From Adineta vaga (Eukaryota > Animalia > Rotifera), in contig CP075492.1 in the NCBI GenBank assembly GCA_021613535.1, positions 248,001-312,000 on the forward strand: DNA of 64,000 bases, in the 5' to 3' direction. Position numbers and translations under genes: made by a program. Below, one piece after another: positions 1 to 12,300 of the stretch. The notes beneath the pieces were generated by a model. The model was not told the origin of the DNA, searched no databases, and saw only the letters and a program-made list of their open reading frames with translations. Position 1 is the first letter of the stretch. Each line of letters opens with the position of its first letter.

Positions 1-183
1 TATAGCATACACGGACTCAAGGGTATCGCCCTAATATAGCATATGGGGGATTTAAGATTGTCTCTCTGATATAGGACATGATACAGTTGAGCTCATGTGA
101 ACTGTTAGAATAGTTCAGTCGCAAGCTGAGCTGTTTGAAAAGGTGGAAGGTTGTGAGCTAAATTCGAACTTTGCCTATCCCTA
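1..183. mobile_element. Partial copy of hAT-like MITE (same insertion as 15435-15855)
   Basis: Matches 15673-15855 and is followed by the same ATCAATAA flank. Confidence 0.7.
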
Positions 184-1020
184 ATCAATAAGCTTATGTC
201 TCATAACGTTCTCTTACACGCAGACTCAGTATTTGTGCAAGTGGTAGCTTACTACTGTATTCAAAGATTAGTTGTGGATAAAGAACAGAAAAATGGAAGT
301 ATTCTAGATAACTGCAAAGTTACACAAAAAACACTTTCTAGAAGTCTGCAATATATGTAATACTTAATGCAATTTTTTCTTGAATACTGTCATAAAAGTA
401 CAAATTGAATTCTATGACGAGTAGTGATCAGTTTAGTTTCAATTTCTTTGGAGAAAATATTTTATCATACCTCTGTTGCTACTGTGAGTTCCACTTATCT
501 CTTCATACCCTTAACTTAGATAGTGAATAAATTAAAAATGCTCTAATGAAAAACAGAAGAAAAGAATTTGTTCTCTATCAAAAATAAGAAAATTAGATAA
601 CATTTCTTTTTTGGAAACTCGTCAATTAATCAACAGAATGACGACTATATAGCTTTTATAGTTGCGGTGGCTAACTCTCGATGCAACTCGACATATATTG
701 TTAAGAAAGTATATTCAAACGACACTGTCATCATTTATGGAATAAATCTCAGTGGATTACGAACACCAAACGTGTGTCGAATAAGCCACTTCTAATGATT
801 CTCACGTCATCCTATCGCCCACAATGCAAGCCAAGATATTCGCAAAAATGAATGAAGATGACGCCGTCTTTAAAAGGCAAAAAGACTGCAGAAACCAATT
901 GCATATGGAAATCATTAAAATCAAAGTTAACACATACCTAAGATAAATGTATAGGTCATTATTAGTAATATGGGTCATCAACAACAAGAAAATTTTAATC
1001 AGAACAAGACAGAAGCCTAC

Positions 1021-4000
1021 CTTCACTTGTGATATTTGATTGTCGATCAAATATAACATCATCGATTTCCTTAGCTTCCTTCGCCAATATAAGATCAAGT
1101 TTCGATACAGCTGTCCCACACATGTTCACTTCATCCACTATTCCATTCGATACAAACAATTGTTCAATACAATATGAAAATCGTCCACCTATATCTGTAA
1201 CAGTTCCATCATCAAATAAATCATGAGAACATATCAAATGCAATGATAATCGATTATTTTCTAATGTTGGATCATAAATAAATGTTAGCATAAAATCAAA
1301 TTTAGCTGCTTCATTCGATTGCTCTAACATTACTGGCTCTAATTTTGTATCATTCATCGATAAGTAACTCTCACTTTCAGATAATGTGATAAAATTAAAC
1401 ATTATTTCCAAAAAGTTAAGATTCGATTGGTTGGCATGAAAGTCATTAAGAATATGTTGAAGTGGATAATGAGAATGTTTAAGTATTGATAAACACATTT
1501 CTCTTACAGAATGAACAACTTCATCAAATGACCAATCTCCATTGAGTTGAATACGATATGGTAATGTTGCTACAAACATTCCTATCATATTATACAATTC
1601 AGATCGATATCGATTGGCATTTATACTACCAACACATAAATCAGTTTGATTGTGAGATAATTTAAATAGAAATACATAAAATATCGATAGTCCAAGTTGA
1701 AAAAATGTAAGATGATGTGATGATGCATAGTTTAGAAATGATGTACATGTAACATCATTTAGTATTATTTGAGTTGTAGCACCTAAGCCAGATCGATGAT
1801 GAATTGATGAACGAGATCGATCATATGGTAATGATAATGAATGTTGAAGATCACATCCTTGAAGTTGAGAATACCAAAACTCACGAGATAAGGTCATATC
1901 CATGACATGTTCATGAACAGAATAATCAACATATTGAAATGAATTGTCATCTAGAGATAGCGAACTATGATCTTGATAAGCAAGAGAAAGATCACGAATA
2001 AAGATTGATGTTGATGCACCATCAAAGAAAGCATGATGAACAGTAAATAATATTAAATCATCTCTATTCAACATATCATCTTCTTCATTTGAACTGTGTG
2101 TGTGAGAACGAAGAATATGACAATTAATGACATGTCCTTTTGATAAATCAAATAAATCACATTTATTCAAGATTCTCTTCACAATTTCATTCATATCGCC
2201 ATCTTCTCTGGAAACATTCACTATTGAAAAACCAAATGTTTCACTATTATTGCTTAAAGTATTCATATCTCGACAATCTTGTACAATAATACCATTTTGA
2301 TCAAGATAAAGTGCTGTTCTCAGAATCTGATGTTTTCTAATGATACATTGATATGCATGATATAATCGTGAAATTGATATATGATGGTCATTTATCGATG
2401 ATAGACGATATATTAATGGAATAACATACATATTTGTATTGTTATCTGTCGAAGAAGAAGAAGAAGAAGAAGAAGAAAATCGAATATTTTCATCTAAGAA
2501 AATGCGTTCTTGAGCAAAGGATGCTTTCGCTAAAGTGAGAAATAGAATGTGGTTATTAGAGTATTTTTGAGATTATATTTGTTACCTGTAAGGATATTTA
2601 ATGAATGCCAAGAATGATCATCTTTACTCAATTCGGTATTGAGAATCTGATGAATAAGTTTTGCATGATCAATGATAGTTGGATGTTGAAATAGATCAGT
2701 AATAGCAATGGAATTTATTTCTAATCGAAATTCTACTTTATAGTGATGTAGAAGTTGCATAATAATTAATGAATGGCCACCAATAGAGAATATGTTTGTA
2801 TTAGTAGAGATTTGTTTTTGTTTCAATAGATCACACCATATATGATGAATAATAGATTCAATTTTATTTGTTGGTTCTACTAAATCGTTAGTATTGTTGA
2901 GTTTAGTTGAAGAGAGAACAAGGGAATCAGGTGAGGGCAATCGTTTTCGATCAATTTTTCCATTTGGATTGAGAGGTAATTTATCAAGAATAATGAAATA
3001 AGATGGAATCATATGCGGTGGAAGATGTGATTGACAATATTCATGTAATTCTTTTTCACTAACGACTGAACTTTGAACATAAGCAACTAAATGATCTTCA
3101 CCCCATTTCACCACAACACAAGTAGATATCGATGTAATACTAAGTAGGCATCGTTCAATTTCACCAAGTTCAATTCTTTGTCCATGTAGTTTGACTTGGA
3201 AATCTTTCCTTCCTTGATAGTTTAAGTTACCGTTAAAATCCATTTTAACCATATCACCTGTACGATAATTAATATCGCCATCGATTTCGATAAGTGCTTG
3301 TGCTGTCAGATCATCACGGCCAAGATAACTGGCAAAGATCCCAATTCCTCCAACAAACAGTTCTCCTTCTTGGTTGATCACCACTCTTTGTAAATGTATA
3401 TCCAAAAGTAAATGACGATAGTTTGGTAGTGGTCGTCCAATTGAAATATTTTCGGTTTCTATCATTTGATTCAATAGATGAATAGTAGAGACAACTGTCG
3501 TTTCGGTTGGACCATATATATTCCATATGTTACACTTCACTATTCCAATATTTACAATCAGATGTTTTAATTTGTCAGGGAATGGTTCTCCTTAAAAAAA
3601 TATGAAATTTGATCGTAGAATATATTTGACGAAAAAACTTAACGGCACACTGTCGTATGCTTGTAAGATTCTGATACAAATATATGAAAAGCAAATAGGA
3701 CGAAAGAAGACTACGGTTATATTCTCGCACTAAATGATCATTGAATTCGCTGCCAACTGACTCCGAATCATTAAATGTGACAATACAACTGTAGGAATGA
3801 CTGTATACGAATTATATTACGTTGTCTACACACACTTGATTATCAACTTACCAACACTACAAAGTGATCGAAGATATTTGACAGCATGATGCATGTTAGA
3901 TTGGTTAATAAAAGTGAAGAAATGAAAAAGCAAACTTGGAACAGTGTGTATATATGTAATTTGTTTGTCGTATAACACTTTTGATAGATAATCAAAATCA

Positions 4001-6330
4001 AAAGTTTCTTGTGGATGAAGCATAACTAATGTAACGCCTTTTGATAACAAACCAAGTATTTCGTGAATATGTATGTCGAATGAATATCGTGACATTTGAA
4101 TAACGGTGTCACTTTCGGCCAATATTTTGGCTCCAATAAAAGAATGCATATGTTCAGAGAAATTTCGATGTCGGATTCGAACCTACAAAAAAAGATAAGT
4201 GCGAAACAGATTTCAGAACATATATATACGAACTGCTTTCGGCATTCCAGTTGAGCCACTTGTGAAAATGATGTATGCGATACAATCCGGTGTTATAATC
4301 ACATTCGATAACCGATTTTCAATAATTCTATACATAATCACGTCGATAAACAGTATCAGATTAATATGGCATGTGATAATAACATCATTGAACTTGGACT
4401 TAGTTGATGACTCAACGAGCACAATTCGACTTTCAATTTGTTCGAAAAGAGAATGTAGCCGATGAGGTGGATCTCGTGGAGATAATGGACAATATACACC
4501 ACCTACCATCTCAATTGCCATTATACCAATTACCTAAAACACGAGAAACTTCCTGATTATAAACATCACAAAATTATCCAACGCAACCTACCATTGATAT
4601 ACTTCTCTCAACACATTGACAAATAATATCACCAACATTTACACGATATTCATTCAATAGAGTCAAAGACAATACTTGAACATAATATAACAGTTCACAA
4701 TATGTCAACGACTGTTCATCTAATTCTACAGCTAACTTTTGTGAATAGATCATCGCTTTAGAAACAAACTCATGATGAATGCATTTGACAGATGGATATG
4801 ATATTTGTGTATTATTCATTGATTGTACAAGTAATTGTTCAGTTGGTAGTGTTAATGATAATTCATACAGTGGTTTCTTCGATTGACTATCAATAATAGA
4901 TGCACATAGATCATACAACAGTGAATGAAATTGTTGTGAAATCTTATTCACAGTTTCCACGTGAAACAAATCCAATGATGCATCGATTGTACATGAAAGT
5001 TCATTAGGATCCAAAGTATGATGAAAAGTGAGAATAAAATCAAATTTACTCATCACTTCATCTTCACTAATCTCAATCGAATATGGTGCTAAAATAAGTT
5101 CATTATCACCAAGATTTACTTTGTCTTGATCGTCATTTGTCATCGATGTTATAAACTGGAATGATGTATCAAGAAATGCAGGATTTGATAGATGAGGATG
5201 TTGTGCAAGAATACGTTGAAGTGGAAAATATGAATATTTCATAGTATTTGTCATCAAGACTCGCATTTGTTGAGTGAATTGATGAAACGAAGAATGAGGA
5301 TCAAGTTGACATCGAAGAGGAATAGCATTGACAAACATTCCAATTAGAGATCTAAATTCATCTCGATAACGTCCATCTGTATTTATTCCAATACAAAGAT
5401 CTTGTTCTCCATTAGTTAATTTGAATAAAAGAATAAAATAAATTGTGAGTGCCAAATACTCAAGTGAAATGTTATTTGTCGATGCATATGTAAGAAAGTA
5501 ATGTGAAAGATCTTGTCCAAAATCAAACGAAATAGATGTTCCACGACCAGTTCGATGTTCATTTGCAAGACGATATCGATCATATGGTAATGAAAGAGAT
5601 TGATCAAGTTTACAGTCATGGAGAGTATCAAGCCAAAACATTTCTGCACCAGTCATTGACATTCCTCGTTCGATAGCAGCATCTACATAGAAGAACAACG
5701 ATGAATGACATATGAGAAAGAAAAAGTGCGATGTTGAAGATGTATACTTACAATCAAGATATCGAATATTCATTTCATCATCATTGTTGTTGTTATTGCT
5801 AAGTAATTCACCTGTTGTATATACTTGATTAAGATCATGAAGAAAGATATGCATTGATGGAAAATCAAATGCTGCATGATGAAAATTGAAGATGATTATA
5901 TCTTTATGATGAAGTAGATGATCGGAAGAGATGTGTTTGTAATAGACAAGATGACATCGAAAGACAAGACCTTGAGTAAGATTGAAGAGTTGAGGATTTC
6001 GTTTTTCTTCATGTATGATATTGTTGAGTTGTTGTTGTGTTTCATAAGTACTCTCAATAAATGTAAATAATGTCTTTTGATCTGTGGTAATGTCTATGAT
6101 TCGTTGCATCAATATATTTTTATCTTTGTCGAAAATGAATGCTGTATGAAGTGCAAGATGTTTGCTGATAGTGAGATCGAGTGCATGTTGAAGTTGTTTG
6201 ACTGATATAGTATTGTTTGTAGAAAGGTGATAAACGAAAGGCATGTTGTAGATTGCTACTTGTGGATTTTGAGGATCGAATCTCATTTGTTCGTCGAGCC
6301 AAATGCGAGCTTGTGCATATGATGCTGGTG
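1021..6330 (-). CDS. NRPS module M7 (C-A-T(alpha)-C(alpha))
   Basis: Exons 5752-6330, 4592-5682, 4234-4533, 3852-4182, 2586-3590, 1021-2529 (4815 nt = 1605 aa). Code DIHHCVIVVK. Followed by a donor at 1020 and an intron that copies 15673-16690, implying a further module beyond the window. Confidence 0.9.
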
Positions 6331-9300
6331 CTATAGTAATTGCAGTTTATGTGTGTAACAATAAAAGTGTCAACGATATACAGGACAGGATGTATTAGCG
6401 TCTATGATGATTCGCTCTATATTGACCTTGAGATTAAGATGGTCCTTCTAGTCTGATTAGCTTAGAACATCTGCCCGGGTAGCAAAAGATGTGGGTTCGA
6501 ATCCTACGTATGCTATCTTTTCTTTATTTTCTTCTATATCAGGTTTCTGTCACTTATGTCTCTTCCCTAGCTATAATATGAAGCCAATACGATGAAACAG
6601 ACTTTTTGCTGATAACTTTATTCATAGTCTGTGCCTCTCTCAAAATACAGGCTGTATTCTCGCTTGTTTAATCTAACTATTGTCTTCTAATGTGAGTTTT
6701 CGAAAAAGAGTTAAACAGTATAATTGATTTCAAATTAAGGATAGTGTAAAGCGGGTAACACGTTGGTCTCTGAGTTAACGAGAAATTTGATTTTTTGGCA
6801 AGTTCAAAAAATCAGCTGTAATACTTAGGGCAATCCAAAAGTAGTGAGGGAGGTACTCGTTTCCTTAACCAGGGATATAAAAAGAATTTCTTTTTCCACT
6901 AATGGATAGAGCGTGGTTTGCTCTATCTATCCATGCTATGTGATCACTATTAAACTGCGACTATGATAACAAAATTTTGATAGGATCTCTTTCTGTCGCA
7001 TATTCACTGGTAGCACGAACAAGAATGCTTGTGAGTATTTTTGGAATAACTTCTGATAGAAACAGGATAGACAACTGCCGTTTTCACCGTTGGAAAGAGG
7101 AGATGAGGACGCATCGAGCTATGTATCACTAATTTTTCCAATCTACTTTTTATAAGGTTTCAGCTGGCTTTTTAAAGAGGAAATCTATTCCATAAGTTGT
7201 TTACAGTAAGTTTTCAATAATCGTGTTCATATTCAAACTACTAATTGGATATCTACAGGCTGCGAAACACTCAGCTATTTAATACAATTATTTATGAATA
7301 CTATCTATTCTTAAGAAACCTCTACTACGATATTCTATCAAATTTTTCGCCTTTTCTTCTTTTTTATAAAACAAGATTTTTTTCGCCGGTTAGAAAATTG
7401 AATAAAAAATGTCGGAACTCATAATAGAAAACTCGATAGTATACTGTTCAATGCGTTTTCGTCTCCTTTTTCCAACGGTGAAAACTGCAGTTGTCTATCC
7501 TGTTTCTATCAGAAGTTATTCCAAAAATACTCACAAGCATTCTTGTTCGTGCTACCAGTGAATATGCGACAGAAAGAGATCCTATCAAAATTTTGTTATC
7601 ATAGTTGCAGTTTAATAGTGATCACATAGCATGGAAAGATAGAGCAAACCACGCTCTATCTATTAGTGGAAAAAGAAATTCTTTTTATACCCCTGATTAA
7701 GGAAACAAGTACCTCCCTCACTACTTTTAGATTGCCCTAAGTATGTTATCTGTAAAACTGATCAAAAGCCGCCATGGTTGAGTGGTTACGTGTTCGACAC
7801 GTAGCTACTAGGTACTGTGTTCAAACTTCAGTAACGTCAGGCATGGAATGAAGCTGGACAAGTCACTAACGGCTAAGTTGTCTGAAAATGACTCAATCCA
7901 CATGAGTCATTCGTACTGACTACACACTTAGTCAGTATGTTGGACGGCAGAGGGTCCAGATACCACCGTCCGTAAAAAGAAAAAGACGAAAGAAACCGGC
8001 TGCATGTGGATAAAAATACTAATAATAGCCGCGGCCGGCCGGCAGCGGGCGTTAAGCCTATGCGACGTTATTATTATATTATTATTATTCTTATAAAACT
8101 GATCAAACGATCTTTTAGGATTAGTACTAAACTCAATGAAAATGATGACTTGTTTGTTATTTCGAAAAATTTCATCGATAGTCCAGACACCGAGGTATAT
8201 ATGTATGAGAGGTATAACGGTCTTTGCAATCTGATAGTTGGAAGCGGTTTTATGCAGTCTAAGCCGTTTAGAGCGATCTAAGTGTTCTATGTGGTCTTGT
8301 GGTTTAGAGCGGTATAATCAAGGGGGAGGGGGGGGGGGAGAAGCAAGACTTCATATACTTCAAACAGAATTTGAAATCTCATGAAGTACCGTGAATTACT
8401 GTGAAGTATGAGTGAAGTATGAGTGAAGTATTAATGAAGTATTAGTGAAGTACTAGTGAAATAGAGTGAAGTATGATTGAAGTAGATTGAAGTACCAATG
8501 AAGTCTCGCTTTTCCTCCCTTAGCTATAATGCGATCTAGGCAGCACAACAATCTTAGAGATCATAGATTGCATTGGTTAGGGGGCATAGATCACTTTACT
8601 GCTTAGATCGTATAGATAGCAGCAGAGCGTTATAGCATGAATAGTGCTGTAAATAACGTAGCTAATATAAATGGTATTTATATATATATATATTTCATTT
8701 TGTTACAAAATTATCACGGACATCAAATTGATATACTCTGTTTTTTTGGTGAATAAAAATCATTGGTCATTGTTATGTAGTCGATAGCTTTATTACGGTA
8801 GGACACGTTTTAACAGTTTTTTTAATCATAGAAGCATTGCTTTATTAACATCAATGAGACATCCGTGTCACAAAGGTTGTCTGCAGTTGAAATGATCCTT
8901 TTCGTTCTGCATATGCTAGTGCCTTACATAGTTTTTATCTGTCGATGATGGCAAAATAATAAAAGACCACCACACTATCGAAAATTTAACAAAATCCCTC
9001 TTGCGATGAGATACATCACACACAACCTTCCTATAACCGTAAATTCTAGCTGATGGAACGTACATACTTTCCAAAGCTTGATATTAGTAATGGATGTTTA
9101 TACACACTGTATACATATGCCTAAAACTCACGTCTATATTTCCACTAGTAGTACACTTAGATTATAGTCATATCTTTAAGAACTCATTTATTGCTTCAAA
9201 AAATTGAGCAGTCAGACAGCAGAAAAACAGAGGAATTGCCGTATTCGTAAGTCATCTTGACAGAATTGAGAACACTATGTTTTTCAAAAATTACCGAGAT

Positions 9301-12300
9301 GTCAAATATTTTACGGAGTTATTCTGTAGAGCTATCAGAAAAATACGAATCTAAGTCTGTATGAAATTGTTATTGCTGTTTCTTGTAATCATTCATTGAT
9401 TTATTCATAACACAAGAACGTGATAAAGGCGTATGCGATTATGAAAAGTCATAATCATCTTATTTCTCTTTTTCACAATGAATGTTTCATTTTTCACTCA
9501 TGTTGAAACTCTACTTATGATAAGTTCTTCATGCTTCTTATGCCAGAGGGTAAAAGAAGTGAATGTAGTATGGGCACAAATGGAGTAACAGACGATAGAC
9601 TCTGTAGAAAAGTAAAACTAGATTAATTTTCTTTTTTCGAAAATTCTCAAATGAATGAATCAATCGAACGTTAACCATTACAGTTTCAACAGCGAAAAGT
9701 AAACTCAAATGCAGATCCATATTATACGAAAGTCCTGAGAAATATGTCGTATGCAAATACTCCCCAAATCGATGAAGTTTTTTTGCAACATTTGATCTTA
9801 ATAAAGAACCTTGAAGAGTGCGTATTCTCTTACAGAATCTTCTTCTTTATCTCACCCAACTTAAGACTGTGAGGGTGAGGATGGTCTTTAGCATAAATGC
9901 AATCTAAAGAAGCTCAGATTTTAGCAGATTTCAGCAACTGTTTCTTTTGATATTTCAATGCTTTAGGAAGTTTTGTAGCATCTACGAAGCCTTTTGAAAG
10001 CTTCCGTAGAACCTCGACTATTATAGAATGTATAGTCACATATTATATGACATCATGAAGAGCTGTTTCTCAGTAAAATATGTATCTTTAAGGAGGGAAA
10101 ACAAGAAAATTGGAAAACATACCTTCAAACATTATATGTGGTTGTCGACAAAATATAACATCATCAATTTCGCTAGCTTCACTCGGTAAAATAAGACTAA
10201 GTCGTGATCGAGATATGAGACATGTATCCATTTCATTCATTGTTTCAGTAGATGAAAACAATTGTTCAATACAGTATGAAAATCGTTCAGCTATACTTGC
10301 AATAGTTTTCTTATCAAATAAATCATGAGAACCAACTAAACTAAATGATAATTTACCATTTTCAAATGTTGGATCATAAATGAATGTTAGCATAAAATCA
10401 AATTTAGCTGCTTCATTCGATTGCTCTAACATTACTGGCTCTAATTTTGTATCATTCATCAGTAGGTAAGTGACACTTTCAGACAAAGTGATAAAATCGA
10501 ACATTGTTTCCAAAAAGCTAAGATTAGATTGATTGAGATGAAAGACACTGAGAATATGTTGAAGTGGATAATGAGAATGTTCAAGAATTGATAAACACCT
10601 TTCTTTTACATAATGAACAAGTTCATCAAATGACCAATTTGCATTGAGGTGAATACGATATGGTAATGTTGCTACAAACATTCCTATTACATTATGTAAT
10701 TCAGCTCGATATCGATTAGCATTGAGACAAGAAATACATAGATCATCGTCACGAGTTAATCTGGATAGAAATAGATGGAATATGGACAATCCAAGTTGAA
10801 AAAGTGTAACATGCTGTGATGATGCATAATTGACAATCGATGTGCTTATTTGATCGTTAAGTGTGATATGAATTGTAGAAGCTAAGCCAGATCTCTCGTG
10901 ATTGGATGAACGAGATCGATCATATGGTAACAATAATGGACGTTCGAAATTATATGTTTCTAACTGTGAAAACCAAAATTCTTGTGATGGTTTCATGTCA
11001 ATTTGACGTTCATGGATAGTGTAATCAATATATTGTAATGCTTCTTCGTCATCTTTCTCTGACCATTCTGAAGCGTTATTATAAGCAAAACAGAAATCTT
11101 TGAAAAAAATTGGTCCACATGATCGATCATATGCTGCATGATGAAGAGCAATTACTAGAACATGGGAACTTGTTATCAATTGATTATCATTATTTTTGTT
11201 AATTGAGTTCTGATGTTGAAGTATTTGACAATGAAAAACACGACCTATTGATAAATCAAATAAATTAGGATCAAAAGTTAGTTGAGTAATTATATTTTGA
11301 AGTTCATTGTTATCTTTGAACGTTCGATTTGCAACTATCGTGAATGTGTTATTGGTATCTGTAATATATTGTTCTAAGATGCCATTATCGGTGTTAAATT
11401 TGATAGATGTATGTAGTATTTTATGTTTGTTCAAGATATATTGAAGAGTTTTCAATAAACGCGTGAATGACAATGATCCTTGAGTAATTCTTAGCACCAT
11501 TAGTTCATTATAAATAGCAATATTTTTTGAAAAACGAACTTGTTCATCAAGAGAGATGCGTTCTTGGACAAAAGAAGCAATACCTAGGAATTGAACGAAA
11601 GAATGTATGAATTCATCCAATAATTTTCTAATAGATATATTCACCTCGATTGATATGCAATGAATGCCAAACTGTTGCTTGCATATCATTGTTTGTAACT
11701 GTTTGAAGTAGTTGTGAATGTTGAAATATAGTTGGCTGTTGAATAAATGAGCCTAACAAGAGTGTGTGAGTATCAAAATTGAACAATGATTGATAGCGAT
11801 GATAAAGTTCAATGAATAAAAGAGAATGACCACCAATGGTAAAAAAGTTTGTAGTCCTGGAAATATGATGTCCTTTATAATCAAGAACTTGTCGCCAAAC
11901 ATTACATATACGAGACTCTAATTCATTGAGTGGTGCTTCGAAGTGATTATCTGTTGATACAGTTGCCGAAGAGAAGTTAGGTGAAGGTAAATGTTTTCGA
12001 TCAATTTTTCCATTTGGATTGAGAGGTAATTTATCAAGAATAATGAAATGAGATGGAATCATATGCGGTGGAAGATGTGATTGACAATATTCATGTAATT
12101 CTTTTTCACTAACGACTGAACTTTGAACATAAGCAACTAAATGATGTTGACCCCATTTCATGACAACACAAGTAGATATCGATGTAATACTAAGTAGGCA
12201 TCGTTCAATTTCACCAAGTTCAATTCTTTGTCCATGTAGTTTGATTTGAAAATCTTTTCTTCCTTGATATTGAACAAGATTATTCTGATCTATCTTGACA

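Noticed and set aside
1029-1226. Recurrent short antisense or alternate-frame ORFs within NRPS exons (MIFDCRS..., MENIPSN..., MQKCFGL...)
   Set aside because: They recur only because the exons are duplicated; there is no independent coding evidence.
995-2529. Post-T domain as a classical epimerisation domain
   Set aside because: It has LCL-like C motifs, no recognisable E motifs (e.g. EGHGRE, RTVGWFT), and the upstream T reads GGHSL rather than GGDSI.
6441-6510. Functional tRNA gene
   Set aside because: Only the T-arm is good; the acceptor and anticodon stems are non-canonical and the second copy has a deletion.
8380-8505. CRISPR-like array (also considered for 22929-23218 and the GTTATAAC repeats)
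   Set aside because: Short degenerate tandem units without unique spacers, located inside MITEs, in a eukaryotic context.
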